Positions 63,991 to 64,000 of a stretch of DNA of 64,000 bases are shown here, piece by piece. The number at the start of each line of letters is the position of its first letter. The first letter of the stretch is position 1. The DNA lies in NCBI RefSeq assembly GCF_030028105.1, contig NC_092370.1:115842221-115906220 (forward strand), written 5' to 3'. The position numbers and the translations under genes were made by a program. Source of the stretch: Mobula birostris (Eukaryota). The notes under the pieces are model-generated. The model did not search any database, had not been told where the DNA came from, and was given only the letters and a program-made list of their open reading frames with translations.

Positions 63991-64000
63991 GAAAGTTGAT

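Overview
Vertebrate genomic DNA, most likely from a cartilaginous fish (ray or shark; inferred from the CR1, Rex/Babar, V-SINE and Penelope repeat content). Three host genes were rebuilt by hand from splice sites and translations. PKHD1L1 (fibrocystin-L) has coding exons 1-14 on the minus strand (24269 down to 2114) and continues past the left edge. ENY2 has a complete 96-aa CDS in four minus-strand exons (53505 down to 45884). NUDCD1 exon 1 is on the plus strand (56815-56929), head-to-head with ENY2 across a CpG-rich promoter with ZNF143-like and NRF1-like motifs. Most ORF-track entries are spurious or transposon fragments. The most notable element is a decayed ~7.5 kb endogenous retrovirus (37084-44586): two LTRs, a 4-bp AGTC target duplication, a tRNA-Ser-like primer site, an RT with class III/SnRV/foamy-like motifs and a gamma-type env. 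Also present are Penelope terminal repeats with minimal hammerhead ribozyme motifs (one split by an 873-bp solo LTR), two hAT/Charlie families (one carrying a captured CR1 tail), a young Tx1 LINE, and a near-identical inverted CR1 pair flanking PKHD1L1 exons 4-5. All comparisons are by eye or from recalled family motifs. No database search was run, and repeat boundaries without target duplications are approximate.
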